NCBI GenBank assembly: GCA_965223665.1
Contig: OZ245011.1
Span: 864,001-928,000, forward strand
Source of the DNA: Nitrospinaceae bacterium
Lineage (GTDB): Bacteria; Nitrospinota; Nitrospinia; Nitrospinales; Nitrospinaceae
Length of the DNA: 64,000 nucleotides
Direction of reading: 5' to 3'
Shown in pieces: positions 21,855 to 33,222 of this stretch (the stretch's first letter is position 1; every line of letters begins with the position of its first letter). The position numbers and the translations under genes are program-made. The notes under the pieces are model-generated. The model saw nothing but the letters and a program-made list of their open reading frames with translations. It searched no databases and was not told the origin of the DNA.

Positions 21855-23636
21855 ATGAGTTTTAAAAATATGTTTAATGGTATCCCAGTCTCTAGCGGAA
21901 TAGCAATTGGGAAAGCTTATTTGTTAGACCGCTCCAAAGTATGTGTGATCAAACGGCAAATTCCCGACGATGAAATCGAAAGGGAAATTGAGCGGCTCCG
22001 CGATGCAATTCAATTATCTAAAAATCAACTGCAGGACATTAAGACCAGGGCTAGTAGTATTGCCGATAAATATTCCATCATATTAGATACATATACTCTT
22101 CTTTTAGAAGACGAGCTTTTGGTAAATGAAACCATTGATAAAATAAAAAGTGAAAAAATCAATCCAGAGTGGGCTCTCACAAAAACTTTAGAAAAGTTCA
22201 CAAGACTATTTGACAATATCAATGATGAATATTTGAAAGGGAAAAGAGACGATTTAGATCTTGTGGTTCATGGTGTAATTAAAAACTTAATAGGTCACCA
22301 GCAAGAAAGTTTATCCGATATTGATGAACCCGTTATAATTATCACTCACGCGTTAAGCCCCTCAGATACTTTGATGATGTCGAAAAGCTTTATTCTGGGA
22401 ATGGCTACTGAAGTGGGAGGAAAAACTTCTCATGTTGCAATTTTTGCTTCAGCCTTAGGAATTCCTGCGGTAGTCGGGGTCAATAGTCTTACTCAAAACA
22501 TAAATTCCGGAGATCAAGTAATTATTGATGGTCTAAAAGGAGAAATCATTGTCTCTCCTGACGAGAAACTGTTAGAGAAATATTATAAAAAACAAGAGAC
22601 TTATTTAAAATATGAAAAAAATCTTCTTAAGGAAATTAATCTTGTTTCGAAAACATTAGATGGGCATGAGGTAAAACTTTTTGCCAATATTGAATCATTG
22701 CATGAAGTGAAGTCTGTAAGAAAATATGGCGGAGAAGGAATTGGACTATATAGAACGGAATTTATGTATCTCACCGCAAATCCCTTTCCAACAGAGAATG
22801 ATCTGTTTCTAAATTTCAAGAAGGTCGTTTCGGGAATGAACCCTCACCCGGTTATCATCCGAACACTAGATATTGGATCAGACAAACAAATTTATAATGA
22901 TAATGAAGTGGTTGAAGCGAATCCTGCCTTAGGACTAAGGGGAATTCGTTTGTCATTAATTAATCCTGAGTTATTCAAATGCCAAATGAAGGGTATCTTA
23001 AGAGCCAGCCTTTACGGTAAAGCGAAAATCCTTTACCCTATGATCTCAGGGGTTGAGGAGGTAATCCAAGCCAATAAGTATCTAGAACAGGCCAAAGAAG
23101 AATTAAAAAAAGCACAAATTCCATATGATGAGGAAATCGAAATAGGTGCCATGATAGAAACTCCTGCGGCTGCGTTAAGTTTGCAGTCCATTTTAAAAGA
23201 AGTGGATTTTATTAGTATTGGAACCAATGATCTCATCCAATATATTCTTGCAGTGGATAGGATTAATGAAAACGTAGCTCATTTGTACCAACCCTTTCAC
23301 CCATCTATTCTCAGGGTTTTAAAGGAGATTTTTTCGATTTCAGAATCTATGGGAAAATCGGTATCCATATGTGGAGAGTTAGGCGGAGATCCTCTTGCAA
23401 CATTCTTATTACTAGGATTGGGTAAAGTCCATGAATTAAGCATGGAACCTCATTCAATTCCAAAAGTAAAAAAAATTTTAAGGAAAGTAACACTAAAAGA
23501 CGCAGAAGGATTTGCCAATACGATTTTATCACTATCAACCGTTGAAGAGATTAATCGTTTTATTATCCAGGAAATGTCTACCCGTTTCCCTATGGAGTTT
23601 GACAGGGAATTAAATTACGGTGAAAAAACTTCTTAA
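21855..23636 (+). CDS. ptsI: PEP-protein phosphotransferase (PTS enzyme I, no GAF domain)
   Basis: GGKTSH, GIGLYRTEF, NPALGLRGIR, SIGTNDL.QY, CGE. Confidence 0.93.
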   Translation: MSFKNMFNGIPVSSGIAIGKAYLLDRSKVCVIKRQIPDDEIEREIERLRDAIQLSKNQLQDIKTRASSIADKYSIILDTYTLLLEDELLVNETIDKIKSEKINPEWALTKTLEKFTRLFDNINDEYLKGKRDDLDLVVHGVIKNLIGHQQESLSDIDEPVIIITHALSPSDTLMMSKSFILGMATEVGGKTSHVAIFASALGIPAVVGVNSLTQNINSGDQVIIDGLKGEIIVSPDEKLLEKYYKKQETYLKYEKNLLKEINLVSKTLDGHEVKLFANIESLHEVKSVRKYGGEGIGLYRTEFMYLTANPFPTENDLFLNFKKVVSGMNPHPVIIRTLDIGSDKQIYNDNEVVEANPALGLRGIRLSLINPELFKCQMKGILRASLYGKAKILYPMISGVEEVIQANKYLEQAKEELKKAQIPYDEEIEIGAMIETPAAALSLQSILKEVDFISIGTNDLIQYILAVDRINENVAHLYQPFHPSILRVLKEIFSISESMGKSVSICGELGGDPLATFLLLGLGKVHELSMEPHSIPKVKKILRKVTLKDAEGFANTILSLSTVEEINRFIIQEMSTRFPMEFDRELNYGEKTS

Positions 23637-23724
23637 TAAATAAAAATCCACAAAATATTATTAACCTCATCTACCAAGGTGTGGACCATCATTCACAATT
23701 TTTCTGAAAGTTAAGGAATGTTTA

Positions 23725-24885
23725 ATGAACAAAAATAATTACTTATTTACTTCTGAGTCAGTATCCGAAGGTCACCCCGATAAAATTGCTGACCAAATTT
23801 CGGATGGCGTTTTAGATGCTATTTTAGAACAAGATGGCAAATCACGAGTTGCATGTGAAACAATGGTTACTACAGGACTCGTTATAGTTTCTGGAGAAGT
23901 TACCACAAAAGCCAGAATTGATATTCCAAAAATCGCTCGAAATACAATTAAGGAGATTGGTTACTCTAGCTCTGACATGGGTTTTGATTATGAAACCTGT
24001 GGAGTAATGGTCACCTTGGATAAACAGTCCCCGGATATTGCAATGGGGGTGGATTCCCATGATAAAGAGCAGGGTGCAGGAGACCAGGGAATGATGTTTG
24101 GATATGCTAGTAATGAAACCAAAGAATTAATGCCAACTCCAATTTTATATGCACATAAATTGGTAAAACGTTTAGCGGATGTTCGAAAAAGTGGTGACCT
24201 CCCCTTTTTACGCCCAGACAGTAAATCTCAAGTATCAGTAAGATATGAAAATGGAAAACCTACCAAAATAGAAACGGTGGTAATTTCTACCCAACATTCG
24301 CCGGAAGTCAAAACAAAAACTCTTCAAAATGAAGTCAAAAAACACGTGATAAATCATGTTATCCCAGAGGAATTTCGTCATAAAAAAATGAAGATTCACA
24401 TTAATCCTACCGGCCGCTTTGTAATAGGAGGTCCTCAAGGAGATTGTGGATTAACCGGAAGAAAAATAATTGTAGATACCTATGGAGGATTTTCCCGTCA
24501 CGGTGGTGGAGCCTTTTCTGGTAAAGACTCCTCTAAAGTAGACCGTTCTGCAGCCTATATGGCAAGATATATCGCAAAAAACCTGGTTGCTGCAAAAGTT
24601 GCGGACCGTTGTGAAGTCCAGTTGGCTTACGCAATTGGAGTGGCAGACCCTGTTTCCATATTCGTAGAAACATTCGATACACACCGAATTGATCCTAAGC
24701 TTTTTGAGGGATTGATACGCAACCATTTTGATCTTAAACCCGCTGGTATTATGAAAACTTTGGACCTAAGAAAACCTCGATTCCAAGCTACAGCGGCTTA
24801 TGGCCATTTCGGAAGAAGGGAGAAAGAATTTACATGGGAGAAAACCGATAAAGCCAAAGCTATAAAAAAAGCTGCAGGTTTATAA
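23725..24885 (+). CDS. metK: S-adenosylmethionine synthetase
   Basis: [27 protein letters not shown]. Confidence 0.98.
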   Translation: MNKNNYLFTSESVSEGHPDKIADQISDGVLDAILEQDGKSRVACETMVTTGLVIVSGEVTTKARIDIPKIARNTIKEIGYSSSDMGFDYETCGVMVTLDKQSPDIAMGVDSHDKEQGAGDQGMMFGYASNETKELMPTPILYAHKLVKRLADVRKSGDLPFLRPDSKSQVSVRYENGKPTKIETVVISTQHSPEVKTKTLQNEVKKHVINHVIPEEFRHKKMKIHINPTGRFVIGGPQGDCGLTGRKIIVDTYGGFSRHGGGAFSGKDSSKVDRSAAYMARYIAKNLVAAKVADRCEVQLAYAIGVADPVSIFVETFDTHRIDPKLFEGLIRNHFDLKPAGIMKTLDLRKPRFQATAAYGHFGRREKEFTWEKTDKAKAIKKAAGL

Positions 24886-24945
24886 AACTTTGCCCTTGTT
24901 GTCGTATAAGTTCTCTTTATAATAGATAGTAAGGGTTAAACAAAT

Positions 24946-25998
24946 ATGACAACAGAAAAAATTAGAATTGGAATTATCGGGGCCGGGGAAAATGCTTGCA
25001 AAGTGCACATTCCCAATTTTTTGGCCATTCCTGGAGTAGAAATTCTCGAAGTTGCCAACCGATCAACTTCATCTGCTCAAAGGGTAGCTGAGCAATTTAA
25101 TATCCCCACTATTAGAAAATCCTGGCAGGACTTAGTTAAATCCACTGAATTGGATGCTGTTCTAATCGGCACTTGGCCTTACCTGCATTATGAAGCAACA
25201 TGTAGCGCCTTGGAAGAGGGAAAACATGTTCTTTGTGAAGCTAGAATGTCAATGGACGAAGCCGAAGCCAGGCAAATGCTCCGGATGTCTTATAAACACC
25301 CGGAATGTGTCGCTCAATTAGTTCCTTCCCCTTTTACTTTAAAGGTCGATCAGACCATCTTGAGATATTTGGATGAGTATCGGATTGGGCGTCCCTTATT
25401 CTTTGAGTTTCATTACCACCAAACTTCCAATTGTCATCAAAGCGGAGTCTTACATTGGAGGAGAAATAAAAAATACACCGGTAAAAACATTATGGTGCTC
25501 GGGATCATTTATGAATCCCTTTTAAGATGGTTCGGTCCTGCCAAATGGGTTAGTTCCCAGGCAGAGACATTTTTAAATAAAGCCAGGGACCCAGATACTG
25601 GAGAAATTGTAAATGTTTCAGTTCCCGATTATCTAACAGTTCAGATGCAAATGAATAATGGGATCATGGGATCTTTATTTATTTCAGAAGCAGGATTTCA
25701 TAATAAACCTCCCTACATAAAAGTTTTCGGGGATAAAGGAACCCTACTTTATGAATTCAAAGTAGATGGAAACCTCTGGTATGGTCAACCAAACGAATCT
25801 GAAATGCATTTAGTTCAAATTTCTAAAGAAGAAGAAGGAAAATGGCGTGTTGAAGAGGAATTCGTAAACTCCATTCGAGGAGAAGAAGAAGTTCTTTACA
25901 CCACCTTCACAACCGGCGTAGAATACATGAAATTTACTGAAGCCGTGAACCAAAGTTTTAATAATAACGGAGATCGGATTCCCATTACTACTGGTTAA
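24946..25998 (+). CDS. Gfo/Idh/MocA family oxidoreductase
   Basis: IGIIGAG Rossmann start, GKHVLCE. Confidence 0.85.
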   Translation: MTTEKIRIGIIGAGENACKVHIPNFLAIPGVEILEVANRSTSSAQRVAEQFNIPTIRKSWQDLVKSTELDAVLIGTWPYLHYEATCSALEEGKHVLCEARMSMDEAEARQMLRMSYKHPECVAQLVPSPFTLKVDQTILRYLDEYRIGRPLFFEFHYHQTSNCHQSGVLHWRRNKKYTGKNIMVLGIIYESLLRWFGPAKWVSSQAETFLNKARDPDTGEIVNVSVPDYLTVQMQMNNGIMGSLFISEAGFHNKPPYIKVFGDKGTLLYEFKVDGNLWYGQPNESEMHLVQISKEEEGKWRVEEEFVNSIRGEEEVLYTTFTTGVEYMKFTEAVNQSFNNNGDRIPITTG

Positions 25999-26010
25999 AG
26001 CCCAGGAAAA

Positions 26011-26697
26011 ATGAAAACTATTGACCTCCATTCATGGAGGCTTTCCCCCTCCCAAGCAAAACAAATCCAAATTGAATTTGCGCCAAAAGTTAAATCAACT
26101 AACCTTTTTAAAATCCCCAAAATAATTGCAGGAACAGATATAAGTTATAATAAAAAAGATCCTATTGGTTATGCTGGGGTGGTTCTATTGAAGGCCGATT
26201 CCTTGGATATTATCGAAGAATTTACATTGAAAGGTGAACTCACTTTCCCTTATGTCCCTGGATTATTATCCTTCCGCGAAGGTCCTCTTTTAATTAAATT
26301 ACTTCAAAAAGTCCACCCTATCCCTGATTTAATTTTTTTTGATGGACATGGAATAGCTCATCCGCGAAGATTTGGTTTGGCAGTTCATTTAGGATTATTT
26401 TTAAATTCTCCAACCATTGGCTGCGCCAAGAGTCGACTAGTGGGTTCATACAAAGAACCTGACAATAAAAAAGGATCTGTGTCCAACTTAATTGATGAAA
26501 ACGGATTTACTCTCGGCTCAGTTATTAGGTCAAAGGAAAATTGCAAACCTATATTTATTTCTCAAGGACATAAAATAAATTTAAAAGATTCCATTGAATG
26601 GACTCTTAAATGCACAGATCGGTATCGGATTCCAGAACCCACACGGTTGGCTCACTTATTAGTCAATCGATTTCGCAAGGAATGTTCAAAAACTTAA
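26011..26697 (+). CDS. nfi: Endonuclease V
   Basis: FPYVPGLLSFRE, DG.G.AHPRR.G, RIPEPTRLAH. Confidence 0.96.
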   Translation: MKTIDLHSWRLSPSQAKQIQIEFAPKVKSTNLFKIPKIIAGTDISYNKKDPIGYAGVVLLKADSLDIIEEFTLKGELTFPYVPGLLSFREGPLLIKLLQKVHPIPDLIFFDGHGIAHPRRFGLAVHLGLFLNSPTIGCAKSRLVGSYKEPDNKKGSVSNLIDENGFTLGSVIRSKENCKPIFISQGHKINLKDSIEWTLKCTDRYRIPEPTRLAHLLVNRFRKECSKT

Positions 26698-27431
26698 TTT
26701 TTTTTACAAACCAACATATACGCTCCCCCTCCGTAGACAATACTCTTTTTCTCAATTTCAAACCCCGCATCCTCCAAATCCTGGCAAAATTCCTCTAAAG
26801 AACTAGCATGCCAAACTCCAGACTTCAATTGTTTTTCAATATACCTCAGTCCTAAAGCAAGCGTCAGGGGATATAAAATAAATTGACGAATCATCAAAAC
26901 TAAATTCCCTACCTTTAATTTAGAACTTTCTAAACTCTCTTTAATGATATTTTTTGCTTTGTATTCTTTTGAGGGATTTGTCACAAAAAATTTTCCTTTT
27001 GGTTTTAGAATTTTAAAAATTTGGCGGTAAACACTTTTCCTAGTCTCCGGTTCGCTTAAGGTATAAATAGAAAAATGTGCCACTACAGTATCTATCGATT
27101 GGGAGGCCACCGGGATCCCATTTTCTAAATCAAAAGCCATAACTCGTGTCCGATTTTTTAGTCCTAATTTCATTGATTTATTTTTTACCTCTGTTAATCC
27201 AGAAACTAAACGATCACAGCCAATATATTCTCCACTTTTAAAAAAATTTCTGTCTAAAGTATTAAGTAGCAAACCGGATCCACAGCCAACGTCTAGCACC
27301 CTACCCAAATTATTCCCATTTACTTCATTAGCAATCTGGGTTAAAGAATCCAGGTAAGCTTGAGGTGTAAGAAAATCATATAATTTAGTCGCAAACCCTA
27401 CCTTCCAGTAATTTTTATAAAGAGAGATCAA
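26694..27431 (-). CDS. Class I SAM-dependent methyltransferase
   Basis: VLDVGCGSG, LKP.G. Confidence 0.85.
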   Translation of the reverse strand: MISLYKNYWKVGFATKLYDFLTPQAYLDSLTQIANEVNGNNLGRVLDVGCGSGLLLNTLDRNFFKSGEYIGCDRLVSGLTEVKNKSMKLGLKNRTRVMAFDLENGIPVASQSIDTVVAHFSIYTLSEPETRKSVYRQIFKILKPKGKFFVTNPSKEYKAKNIIKESLESSKLKVGNLVLMIRQFILYPLTLALGLRYIEKQLKSGVWHASSLEEFCQDLEDAGFEIEKKSIVYGGGAYMLVCKKN

Positions 27432-27512
27432 ATTTTAAAGTCTCCTGTCTTGTTCTAAAAATCAAAAGACAATATAATATCTCAGCAATTTGTTCTTAGG
27501 AGAATATTTTTC

Positions 27513-27947
27513 ATGGCAAAAAAACCATTTATAAATAAATATGGGTTCGTGGAATATCCCTTCCTTCATGATCAGCGAAAGGGTAAAAACTGGTGGTTTT
27601 TTAATTTATTGGAAGATCACCTTAAACGCCGAGCTCGGCAAAAACATGGTTCAGACTACACTCGGGATCATATGGATGAAGATATGATGAGTTTCCTGGC
27701 GCAAACCAAACTCAAATTCTACGCATTAGTGCCTGTGGGTATGGGAATGGAGTTTAAACTTATTGGTAAATATGACACAAAAGATTTAATTGAAATTGAA
27801 GATCCCGTTCCTTTCATCGAAGAAAAGTATGGGGGCGGTAAATTTAAGGTTAATATCTACCATGAAGGAACTTTTGCCGGTACAGAAAATTATAAAACCC
27901 ACGGTGACCCGGACTGGATCGAGATTCCAGACGATGACTTAGGATAA
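27513..27947 (+). CDS. Hypothetical protein
   Basis: 144-aa ORF with AGGAG RBS; no recognised motif. Confidence 0.7.
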   Translation: MAKKPFINKYGFVEYPFLHDQRKGKNWWFFNLLEDHLKRRARQKHGSDYTRDHMDEDMMSFLAQTKLKFYALVPVGMGMEFKLIGKYDTKDLIEIEDPVPFIEEKYGGGKFKVNIYHEGTFAGTENYKTHGDPDWIEIPDDDLG

Positions 27948-27952
27948 AAATC

Positions 27953-28384
27953 CTATAGCGTTTCGTCCGGATTAATTGGTTTTTGGATGGTGGGAACGTT
28001 AAATTTAATTGAATCAGGAAGTTTTCTCGTGATTTTGCCCACAGCAGGTAGCTTGCCTTGTACACCCTTTTCAGGAACTTCAATTCCTACTCGAATTTTT
28101 CCTTCGTGTAATTTCACAGGATAAACTTTAGTCTTTAGCCCAGGATTCTGTGGACAATCCCCCGTTTTTAAATCATAGCGCCATTCATGGTTTGGACAAA
28201 TTACAACCCCCTCTTCGATACGCCCTTCCCCAAGTGGAGAACCTTTATGTAAGCATTGATTGGCCATTGCATAATATTCTCCCTTGTAATTAAAGAGAGC
28301 TATTTCCTCTTTTCCAGCAGTTATTATTGCCGCTTTCCCTGGAGGAAGTTCCTCCTCTTCCATGACTTTAACGTATTTCAACAT
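27953..28384 (-). CDS. Rieske [2Fe-2S] ferredoxin (NirD-like)
   Basis: CLH...CPNH Rieske ligands. Confidence 0.88.
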   Translation of the reverse strand: MLKYVKVMEEEELPPGKAAIITAGKEEIALFNYKGEYYAMANQCLHKGSPLGEGRIEEGVVICPNHEWRYDLKTGDCPQNPGLKTKVYPVKLHEGKIRVGIEVPEKGVQGKLPAVGKITRKLPDSIKFNVPTIQKPINPDETL

Positions 28385-28409
28385 AACTCTTTTCTATCCA
28401 AATTGAAAA

Positions 28410-29792
28410 TCACTTTTTTTCTTGTTGTTTTTGAGCGGCCGCTTTTGCCTCTTCTTCACTTATAAAATCAAACTCACAATGCGAATATATAAAATTTAAA
28501 GCTTTTTGACCCAACAGACGGCTTGTGGTTTGGTTCATGTGGTCTGGGTTATTAAACAATGCTTTTTTTACCTCTTCAGTTTTTTTACCGGTTTCTTGTC
28601 CTAAACGTTCGTATTCCACTTCTAAATCAGATTGCGAAACATTGATCTTTTCATTTTTAGCGATTGCCTCAAGGATCATATATCCTTTGGAATTAAATTC
28701 AGCCCTTTCACGCCATTCTTCTTCAGCCTGATCCGGGTCAAATCCTGAATCCTCCAGTTTCATTCCGGACTGTTGAATCTGAAATTTCATTCCATCAACC
28801 AAAAATTTAATTTCCTGCTTTACCAGGGATTCAGGAGGCTTTACGTCATATTCTTTAACTAATTGATTGAATATATCCTGTTTGATATGCATTTCTTCCA
28901 TATGTTCTTTATATGCCTGAAGATCAGCTTTAACCTTTCTTCGAAAAGCCTCTACAGATTCTTCCCCTTGCTGTTGAACCAATTCATCCGTCAATTCAGG
29001 TAAAATAAGTTTCTTTATTTCTTTAATCTTAACCTGAAAGTTTGCCAAATCATCAGGTGTTTCCTGGTTTTCAGCACCCGGAATTGGCATACTCACCCGA
29101 CGTAATTTTTTGTTCCAATCAATAGGCAAAGCCACATTGACCTCAAATTCTTCATTTTTTTGGTGACCTATTAACTGGTCTTCAAATCCAGGTATCATCC
29201 TTTTTTCACCCACACGAACCGGGTAATCCCTTGCCTGTCCTCCTTCAACGGGTTCTCCATCCAAATAGCCATCAAAATCCATCACCAAGGTATCTCCAAT
29301 TTCCACCTTATGATCTTCTGGGCAAATTTGAAATGTTCCTATAGACTCAAGGTATCTTCGAATGGCTTCTTCAACCTCTGCATCGGGTACTTTAAACAAA
29401 GTTTTTTTGAATTTAAGGCCCTTATATTCTTTAAAAGTAAATTGAGGTTTTATATCCAGGGTCACTGAAAACGAAAAGGGCTTATCTCTTTTGATTTCCT
29501 TAATTTCTGAATGATCAATTTCAGGTGGTCCAGCAGGAACAATCCCCGTTTCCAAAAGGGCTTTATCATAATACTCTTGCATCAAATCCTGCCATAATTG
29601 AGTCATAGCTTCCAAAGGGACTTGCTTCTCTAAAACTTTCTGAGGAATTTTGCCAGAGCGAAAACCAGGCATCTTGATTTGCTGGTTCAATTGACGATAG
29701 GCATTTTTTACTTTTTGTGAAACCACTTCTTCTGGAACTTGTATCTTAAGTTTCCGCCTATCTGCTTCTAATTCTTCTATTTGAAATTCCAT
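28410..29792 (-). CDS. tig: Trigger factor
   Basis: PGFRSGKIP ribosome-binding motif, MIPGFEDQLIG FKBP motif. Confidence 0.92.
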   Translation of the reverse strand: MEFQIEELEADRRKLKIQVPEEVVSQKVKNAYRQLNQQIKMPGFRSGKIPQKVLEKQVPLEAMTQLWQDLMQEYYDKALLETGIVPAGPPEIDHSEIKEIKRDKPFSFSVTLDIKPQFTFKEYKGLKFKKTLFKVPDAEVEEAIRRYLESIGTFQICPEDHKVEIGDTLVMDFDGYLDGEPVEGGQARDYPVRVGEKRMIPGFEDQLIGHQKNEEFEVNVALPIDWNKKLRRVSMPIPGAENQETPDDLANFQVKIKEIKKLILPELTDELVQQQGEESVEAFRRKVKADLQAYKEHMEEMHIKQDIFNQLVKEYDVKPPESLVKQEIKFLVDGMKFQIQQSGMKLEDSGFDPDQAEEEWRERAEFNSKGYMILEAIAKNEKINVSQSDLEVEYERLGQETGKKTEEVKKALFNNPDHMNQTTSRLLGQKALNFIYSHCEFDFISEEEAKAAAQKQQEKK

Positions 29793-29818
29793 AATTCCTT
29801 AACCTATCAACTCCTAAT

Positions 29819-30982
29819 TTATGAAACGGGCGTTTGGGCCGCCCCAAATTTTTCTTCAATTAAACGGTCTAATTCTTCCCTCAATTTGCTAAGAATTTGA
29901 TCATAACTGTACGCTCCAATAGACTCGGGGCCTTTTTTCAAATTGACATGAGCTGGCCCACACCATAATCCCAGATCTGCATCATCGGTTTCACCCGGAC
30001 CATTTACCCGGCAACCCATAACAGCAATCGTAATCTTATATTTCTCAGCATATTCGGTCATTTTACGCACTTCTTGAGCTAAGTCCACAAATTTTGAGTT
30101 TTCTACTCTGGAACAGCTGGGACAGGCAATAATATTAAGCCCTTCCAAAAAGTTTTCAGGAACGGATCGAAATCGCCCTTCTTTAATGTCGTTTAAAATA
30201 TCTCGGCCAACCGTAATTTCCTCCCCTTTATCATCATCCGGAACCGTTAGCGATACTCGGATCGTATCCCCTATTCCATGCGGGATTAATTGCTCAAACG
30301 CAATACGAGTTTTAATTATTCCCTCTGGGGGCATCCCCGCTTCAGTAACTCCTAAATGCAGAGGAACATCCGGACGCCTTTCTGCAAAGCGTTTATTCCC
30401 ATCAATAACTTTTTGTGAATCAGAATCTTTCAAAGACACACAGTAATTTTCAAATCCCATATCATCCAGAAATTGACAATGATCAACCGCGCATTGAACC
30501 ATTCCCTCCAAGGGATCTTCTGAAAAACGAGCCTTATAATCGGGATCAATGGATCCACAATTTACCCCTATCCGAATCGCGCAATTGTTTTCTTTAGCCG
30601 CATCAACAATAAACTTAACTTTTTCAGGAATAGGCTTTTCTTTGTCCAAATGATAAAGATGTCCTGGGTTATAACGAATTTTATTTACCAGTGGAGCCAC
30701 CAGAGTAGCCAACCTGTAATTTTCCTGTAAATCTACAGAAAAAATTGCGGAAGACCCCTTCCTTAAACTTTTTAACGCTTCAACATCCTTTAAACTATCT
30801 ACAGCAATTCGGATCACATCTGCCCCCGCTTTTTCCAATATTTTTATTTGACGCGCGGTAGCATCTAAATCAATGGTTCGAGTAGCTGTCATACTTTGAA
30901 CAGCAATCGGAGAATCCCCACCAATAGTTAAGGAACCGATTTTAATTTTTCTGGTTTTCTTATCTTTAATATTAGAATTCAC
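29819..30982 (-). CDS. ispG: 4-hydroxy-3-methylbut-2-en-1-yl diphosphate synthase
   Basis: [47 protein letters not shown]. Confidence 0.96.
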   Translation of the reverse strand: MNSNIKDKKTRKIKIGSLTIGGDSPIAVQSMTATRTIDLDATARQIKILEKAGADVIRIAVDSLKDVEALKSLRKGSSAIFSVDLQENYRLATLVAPLVNKIRYNPGHLYHLDKEKPIPEKVKFIVDAAKENNCAIRIGVNCGSIDPDYKARFSEDPLEGMVQCAVDHCQFLDDMGFENYCVSLKDSDSQKVIDGNKRFAERRPDVPLHLGVTEAGMPPEGIIKTRIAFEQLIPHGIGDTIRVSLTVPDDDKGEEITVGRDILNDIKEGRFRSVPENFLEGLNIIACPSCSRVENSKFVDLAQEVRKMTEYAEKYKITIAVMGCRVNGPGETDDADLGLWCGPAHVNLKKGPESIGAYSYDQILSKLREELDRLIEEKFGAAQTPVS

Positions 30983-31226
30983 TTATTGGCTTTTCCTTTT
31001 TATAATTAGAGCCTAAACACAAATTTTATCAAAAGATTAACAGAATTATAGAGGGTTCTCAAATCTAACCTATTTCCAGTTTTCCTTGTCTTTCTTATCC
31101 AATCTAAAATATTTTTTTTACAATTTCAGTAAAGTTATATTATAGGATTAAAAAGAGTCTGGAAGGTTCCAACTTATTAACAAATTCCAATATACATCTT
31201 ATTCACTTTCCCAGGTCCCCATTATT

Positions 31227-33104
31227 ATGAAAATATTTTTGACCCTAGTTACTCTGGCTTTCATGTTTGTAAACGGCTTTGTTCATACTGCATTTTCTGA
31301 GCCCCCCTCCCATGGTTTGTCGCTCTACGGACCCGAAAACCTAAAATATAAACCAAACCAACCCTACGAGTTTTCAAACCCTAATGCTCCTAAAGGCGGG
31401 CAATTAGTTTTAAGTAGTTATGGAGCTTTTACCAAACTCAATCCATATTCCCTAAAGGGAGTGACTGCCCCAGGGTTAGGATTTGTATTTCAAACTCCAA
31501 TGGATACATCGGTGGATGATGACGAACCTTTTTCCCTATATGGAAATTTAATAGAAAAAGTAGAACTGGCCGATGATCGTATGAGTATGATTTATCACAT
31601 TTACAAAAATGCAAAATTTTCTGATGGCCATCCTGTCACAGCCGATGATTTTGTCTTTTCCTTTAATATCATTCAAGATCCCGAATATCATCCATTATAC
31701 AAACAATATTTTAAAGATATTAAGTCCGTAGAAAAACTGGATAAGCATCGCGTTAAATATACCTATGCTATTTATAATCAGGAATTACCACTAATTACAG
31801 GGCAAATGGTTATTCTTCCCGAACATATTTATGGAAAGACTGGTAAAAAATTTGGTTCTGATTTTGATGATATTGCCATAGGAAGTGGACCCTATATTGT
31901 CGAAAAATTCGAATTCGGCAAATATATTACTTTAAAAAGAAATCCAAATTGGTGGGGAAAGGACCTTTCAAAAAACCAGGGGCGCTTTAACTTTGACCGT
32001 ATTACCTGGAGGGTTTTTTTAGACCTTGTAGCGCAAAGGGAGGCCTTTAAAGGAGGAGAGTTCGATGCCCATATGATCGCCAGTTCCAGGGATTGGGCAT
32101 TGGACTATAAAGGGAAATTTGTTGAAAAGGGTTATTATCTTAGGGAAGAAATTCCTCATAAGCGCGTTGCTGGTATGCAGGGTTTTATTATGAATATGCG
32201 CAATGACATTTTCAAATCCAGAAAAGTACGTGCGGCTTTGGCAATGGTATTTGATTTTAAATGGAGTAATAAAAATCTTTTTTATAACCAATACACTCGC
32301 AATGAATGTTACTTCGACAATAATCCCGAAATGAAGCCAATTGGACTCCCCAAAGGTGAAGTAAAAAAACTATTACTAAACTTAAGAGAAAAGCATGGGA
32401 AAAGTTTTGTTCCTAAAACTGTTTTCACCAAACCAGTGGGAGCTCCCGGCCAGGGAATACCCCATGAAAAAAATATAGCCATCGCTAACAAACTTCTTGA
32501 TTCCGCTGGCTGGAAAATGGATAAAGACGGCATCCGAAAAAGAAACAATAAAAAACTCTCTTTTACTTTACTTTTACCCGATGCAGGTTTTCAAAGAATA
32601 GCCGAGCCATACAAAAATAGTTTAAAAAAAATCGGCGCAGATATGACAATCAAGGTTGTTCAAGTTGCTCAATATGAAGAGAAAACGAGGGAATTTAAAT
32701 TTGACATGATTGTAGTTAACTATGGGCAAAGCCGCTCACCTGGTAATGAACAGCGTTATTTATGGGGCAGTGAAGCGGCAAAACAACCTGGTTCTAGGAA
32801 TTTTGCAGGAATAGAAAATCCTGCCATTGATGAATTAATCGATATTATTGTAAAGGCAAAAACCCGGAAAGAGTTGGTTAATGCTATTCAAGCCATGGAC
32901 CGCATTTTAACTCATCAATTCTATTTAGTTCCTCATTGGTATATCAGTTATGATCGCTTGGTATATTGGAATAAGTTTTCCAGGCCTTCCTTAAATCCCT
33001 CGCAAGAACAGATGCTAAATAATGTTGTCCAATGGTGGTGGTGGGATAAAAATAAAGCCAAAACATTGAAAGAGGCAAGGAAATCAGGAAAATCAATTAA
33101 TTAG
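31227..33104 (+). CDS. yejA: Peptide ABC transporter substrate-binding protein, YejA-like
   Basis: NP.APKGG, FSDG.PVTA.D, GSGPY, SPGNEQR..WGS..A..PGSRN. Confidence 0.85.
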   Translation: MKIFLTLVTLAFMFVNGFVHTAFSEPPSHGLSLYGPENLKYKPNQPYEFSNPNAPKGGQLVLSSYGAFTKLNPYSLKGVTAPGLGFVFQTPMDTSVDDDEPFSLYGNLIEKVELADDRMSMIYHIYKNAKFSDGHPVTADDFVFSFNIIQDPEYHPLYKQYFKDIKSVEKLDKHRVKYTYAIYNQELPLITGQMVILPEHIYGKTGKKFGSDFDDIAIGSGPYIVEKFEFGKYITLKRNPNWWGKDLSKNQGRFNFDRITWRVFLDLVAQREAFKGGEFDAHMIASSRDWALDYKGKFVEKGYYLREEIPHKRVAGMQGFIMNMRNDIFKSRKVRAALAMVFDFKWSNKNLFYNQYTRNECYFDNNPEMKPIGLPKGEVKKLLLNLREKHGKSFVPKTVFTKPVGAPGQGIPHEKNIAIANKLLDSAGWKMDKDGIRKRNNKKLSFTLLLPDAGFQRIAEPYKNSLKKIGADMTIKVVQVAQYEEKTREFKFDMIVVNYGQSRSPGNEQRYLWGSEAAKQPGSRNFAGIENPAIDELIDIIVKAKTRKELVNAIQAMDRILTHQFYLVPHWYISYDRLVYWNKFSRPSLNPSQEQMLNNVVQWWWWDKNKAKTLKEARKSGKSIN

Positions 33105-33222
33105 TTGTATCTCTTTACCCATATTTTAAACGTAAGGCTTTAATTTGTTCATATTGGTTGAACTGCAATAAGTTTTTAATTACAATGTGCCTGTAAATAT
33201 AACTACTTTTTTTGGATTGATT

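Noticed and set aside
23637-23724. Possible SAM riboswitch before metK
   Set aside because: The 88-nt spacer lacks SAM-I core motifs (ATC.AGAG, GCAACC, GTGC) and has no terminator
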